Position numbers and translations under genes: made by a program. Shown here one piece after another: positions 26,663 to 29,640 of a DNA stretch of 29,640 nt (position 1 is its first letter; every line of letters begins with the position of its first letter). The DNA is taken from contig CAYLZE010000064.1 in NCBI GenBank assembly GCA_964388035.1, forward strand, positions 1-29,640, given 5' to 3'. Origin of the DNA: an uncultured archaeon. GTDB taxonomy: Archaea; Asgardarchaeota; Lokiarchaeia; Sigyniarchaeales; SOKP01. The notes beneath the pieces were generated by a model. The model was not told the origin of the DNA and searched no databases. It worked only from the letters and a program-made list of their open reading frames with translations.

Positions 26663-28426
26663 TTATATATTACTCATTGCCCACTCCATTTCAAAAAATA
26701 AGTTTTCAAATTCTCTCTCATTTTTAATTCTTCTTCCTCCTTTCTTAATTTGTATCATCTCATCCATGAATTTTGCCAAACGCCCGATTCTATATTTTGA
26801 AACATTGGGTTCTTTTTGAATAATCATATTTATTACATTTTTAGTCGTGATTTTTTCTTCACCTAAAAGTATATTCAATTTTCTTTCTACTCGTCGGAAT
26901 AACAAGCTTAAAGCTTTATCGTATCTACGATTTTCTCTATACCAGTTAATTTTTTCTGCAAAAAAAGAAGATGTCCTAAATTTTTGCATTTCATCTTCGC
27001 GCTTTTTCTCTTGTTGGGCTTTTCTTCTCTCTTCTTCCTTACTTTTTTTTGGTACATATTTTCTAAATGTATAAATTGCTAAAAGAGGATATATCCAAGC
27101 AGTAATGGGATTAGTCGAAAGATGAATGATATATTGCATTATGAAGCCAAAAATTCCTGCAGAAGATAAATCCCTCGAATATTCTGGACGAATATGAGCT
27201 TCATCAAATACTACAACCCAATCATCTTTATTTCCTCCCCTCGTCAACCAATCTATAATATTCTTTCCAAATTGAAGATTATCATAACCCGGTTCACTAA
27301 TTAATTCATTACTAAATAAACTTGCATCTCCTGAGACAAATACTCTCACATTACCCGTATCCTTTGCCATAAACACGGACTGAGGATAACCTCCTAAAGG
27401 AAATTTTGTAAGACCTTCCGGTAATTGAGGAATATAATCAGACATAAAACTCAAGTCAATATTGTCATCATCATATTTGTAAACACCATCACCATTCATA
27501 TCCACATAACTATAAAAACTGGACCGACCCACCACAGTCCAGCCGAATATATCTACAAATGGTCCACCCAATGCACATGATGCCTCCGAAAGCACTACTT
27601 TCTTGACCCCCTTAGTGGTTGGGTGGGGCTCGAACCATTCTATTACTGGAAAATCTGGGCGTTTCGCATAAGATTGATTGTCTCTTAAAGTGCCCTCTGG
27701 GAAGATAGTAACCGGAATAATATCACTTTGATTCTTATTTATTAAATTTGCTAAAAAAATTTCCCATAGTAACATACTCGTGGAACCATAATCGTGACAG
27801 ATTAATATAGAATTTTTACCTCCAAAAAAATCTATAAAATACGGGATTTCAAACACGGGATTATAATTTTGATTCGGTCCTAAAAGAACGAGTAAAATTG
27901 ACTTATTAAGTCTTTGGGTTGCGCTTAAACTTGATTGTATGCTAAGGACATCATAACCTTCATTTTCAATTTCTTGTTTAAAGATTGAGGCCCCTCTCCA
28001 GTAATATGGTGAATCTGGATTTGAATTGTAAATTGAGAAATATTGGGTATTTTGACCTTGATCTATTATGGGACTAAAAAGAGGTACAAAAGCAAATATA
28101 AATATCACAATAAATAATGCCTGCTTATAAACCGATCCTAATCCTAATCCTGTTTTTTTCTTACGAACTGATTTTTTTCTTGTTTTTCCTATGGAAAGGT
28201 TTCTGAGGAAAATAAAAAATGATAAACTTAAAAAGACTGCAAATGCAAAAAATGCAAGGGGAAGATAACTCAAAAAAATAGGAAGCCCACTGGTATGAGT
28301 TTTTTGAAATACATTTATAAAGTCTGGTATAATAACACCTAAAATTATTAAATATACAATAAAAAAGAGATAAACAATAATTTTCGAACCACTAATGCTT
28401 TTATTGTACTTATTAGTCACTGCCAT
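26663..28426 (-). CDS. DUF4350-like membrane protein with a C-terminal helical (DUF4129-like) domain
   Basis: Three N-terminal TMs; FSIYN..W.GAS; VFVSGDASLFSNE...DN..F..NIIDWL; VVFDEAH; then a TM and a charged helical tail. Confidence 0.8.
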   Translation of the reverse strand: MAVTNKYNKSISGSKIIVYLFFIVYLIILGVIIPDFINVFQKTHTSGLPIFLSYLPLAFFAFAVFLSLSFFIFLRNLSIGKTRKKSVRKKKTGLGLGSVYKQALFIVIFIFAFVPLFSPIIDQGQNTQYFSIYNSNPDSPYYWRGASIFKQEIENEGYDVLSIQSSLSATQRLNKSILLVLLGPNQNYNPVFEIPYFIDFFGGKNSILICHDYGSTSMLLWEIFLANLINKNQSDIIPVTIFPEGTLRDNQSYAKRPDFPVIEWFEPHPTTKGVKKVVLSEASCALGGPFVDIFGWTVVGRSSFYSYVDMNGDGVYKYDDDNIDLSFMSDYIPQLPEGLTKFPLGGYPQSVFMAKDTGNVRVFVSGDASLFSNELISEPGYDNLQFGKNIIDWLTRGGNKDDWVVVFDEAHIRPEYSRDLSSAGIFGFIMQYIIHLSTNPITAWIYPLLAIYTFRKYVPKKSKEEERRKAQQEKKREDEMQKFRTSSFFAEKINWYRENRRYDKALSLLFRRVERKLNILLGEEKITTKNVINMIIQKEPNVSKYRIGRLAKFMDEMIQIKKGGRRIKNEREFENLFFEMEWAMSNI

Positions 28427-28480
28427 TTTTTATGCAAGTTGCAATATTCTTTTTTCTATACAAAAACTTCAAATTTGATA

Positions 28481-28855
28481 TTAAAGATTAAATGATACTG
28501 TACTCCCCGTAATTTCATGATATATGGTTGAAAATAGCTGAATAGTTGTCTTAAAGTCTTCATTGTCTGGTTGTATTCCTCCATATATTATACTTTCGAC
28601 TTTAGAAACAAAGGGATACACGTTTTCTGGTTTTTGATTTAATTCATTAACGCACGTTATTGCATACTCTCTTATAGTCTGATACGGTTGTCGTGGTTTG
28701 TTGTACTTACTTTTTATTACTTCATTGTATATCAAATAGATATATGCAATAGCTTCTTTAGACCTGCCCGAGTTTATTAGTGCTTTAACATTATTAATTT
28801 TTTTACTAATATCAAATGAAGATTGTACTTTCTTCTTTTTTGAAAATAATCCCAA
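28481..28855 (-). CDS. Small soluble DUF4129-like protein, paralog of the upstream gene's C-terminal domain
   Basis: GRSKEAIAY, QTIREYA, VYPF, VESIIYG align with GRLEEAITY, ETIRDFA, IYPF, IEKVIYG in the upstream protein. TTG start. Confidence 0.8.
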   Translation of the reverse strand: MGLFSKKKKVQSSFDISKKINNVKALINSGRSKEAIAYIYLIYNEVIKSKYNKPRQPYQTIREYAITCVNELNQKPENVYPFVSKVESIIYGGIQPDNEDFKTTIQLFSTIYHEITGSTVSFNL

Positions 28856-28926
28856 TTTTAAAACCTTTTCTTCTTTATATTTGATTAATTTTGTTTTTTC
28901 TATTTAAATTTATTTTACTTTTTGAC

Positions 28927-29640
28927 TTAAAAATTCAATAAAAATTCATATCCCGTTAGATCAAAATAAACGGGACTAAATAAATCACAAATACTATAAA
29001 AATCATTATCTGTAATATCTAAAGGTCGACCATAAATAACCTTCTCTATATTTTGAATGAATGGATATATGCTTGTAGGATTTAACCCAAAGGTTTTGAC
29101 ACAAATAATTGCAAAATCCCTGATTGTTTCCGTTTCTTTAATATTTCTGCCAAATTTTCCATTAATTAAATCCATATATATAGCTTTAAATAAATAAGTA
29201 ATAGCTTCTTCTAATCGCCCAGTATCTTTTAAGATCTTGAAATTTCTTATTTTTGGTGCAAGCGGTATGTTAATAAATGATGATTTCATTTTTAATCTTC
29301 GATAATATAAATATCCTCCCACACTAAGAGCCGCACCGATACTTATCATAATGGGAATGAAATAAAGTAAAAATGTTTCCCATGGCTGTTCTCCAAGAGT
29401 AGAAGGTGGTACTGATGGTGTAGTTGAACTACTTATGGATAAAACTTCAATTGTATTCGTTGAAATGATATTTTTGCCTATATCATTCACAACTTCTACT
29501 TGGAAATTCTTGTCTCCGGTTGCATTTGGTATTGTATATTTTAATGAAAAAGTACCATTTGAATCAGTAACAGTAGTTGCAATTAATTCACCTTCATAAT
29601 AAACTCGAACATCCCGATCATTAATTCGGAGTGAAGGTTG
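28927..29640 (-). CDS. 3' part of a membrane-anchored protein (Ig-like beta domain, S/T/P linker, TM, DUF4129-like tail); 5' end lies outside the window
   Basis: The frame stays open from 29490 to the window edge (QPSLRINDRDVRVYYEGELIATTVTDSNGTFSLKYTIP...), so the 29490 start is an artefact. TM LLYFIPIMISIGAALSVGGYLYY. Confidence 0.85.
   Translation of the reverse strand, partial: QPSLRINDRDVRVYYEGELIATTVTDSNGTFSLKYTIPNATGDKNFQVEVVNDIGKNIISTNTIEVLSISSSTTPSVPPSTLGEQPWETFLLYFIPIMISIGAALSVGGYLYYRRLKMKSSFINIPLAPKIRNFKILKDTGRLEEAITYLFKAIYMDLINGKFGRNIKETETIRDFAIICVKTFGLNPTSIYPFIQNIEKVIYGRPLDITDNDFYSICDLFSPVYFDLTGYEFLLNF

Noticed and set aside
446-27074. Short antisense or nested ORFs in the track (e.g. 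4700..5128, 13727..14143, 18470..18811, 23006..23401, 26270..26527)
   Set aside because: They lie inside well-supported genes and show no motifs, consistent with shadow ORFs.
29488-29490. GTG start of the 187-aa ORF
   Set aside because: The frame is open to the window edge, so this is an internal codon of a longer gene.
1-29640. CRISPR array, transposase/integrase, rRNA/tRNA or selenoprotein with SECIS
   Set aside because: No spaced repeats, recombinase motifs, tRNA arms or in-frame TGA at a catalytic Cys position were found by eye.

Overview
AT-rich (roughly 30% GC by eye), gene-dense archaeal chromosomal window, most likely from an Asgard archaeon of the Lokiarchaeia type. That assignment is an inference from the gene repertoire (HEAT+LRR protein, 7TM protein, V4R/Bet3-fold pair, LipS1/LipS2, CofD/CofE, HdrC) and GGTGA-type Shine-Dalgarno motifs. 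Left to right: a 1203-aa protein that appears to contain four tandem Lrp/AsnC-like modules; a ~94-nt GC-rich foldable element; an acyl-CoA synthetase (NDP-forming) alpha-type subunit; a HEAT+LRR protein; a 7TM gene with an in-frame TAG at codon 8; two coupled V4R/TRAPP-Bet3-fold genes; thioredoxin; a lone hdrC; a LeuRS with a bacterial-type core and an archaeal-type tail; a GT4 glycosyltransferase; a six-gene operon lipS2-lpl-lipS1-thioesterase-cofE/nitroreductase-cofD; and a MoxR/DUF58/DUF4350/DUF4129-type cluster running off the right edge. I recognised no rRNA, tRNA, CRISPR array or mobile element. The best candidates for undescribed biology are the multi-Lrp protein with its adjacent structured RNA-like element, the V4R/Bet3 pair, and the joined lipoate-F420 operon with an atypical ligase. 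All domain calls come from motif recognition by eye; no searches were run.
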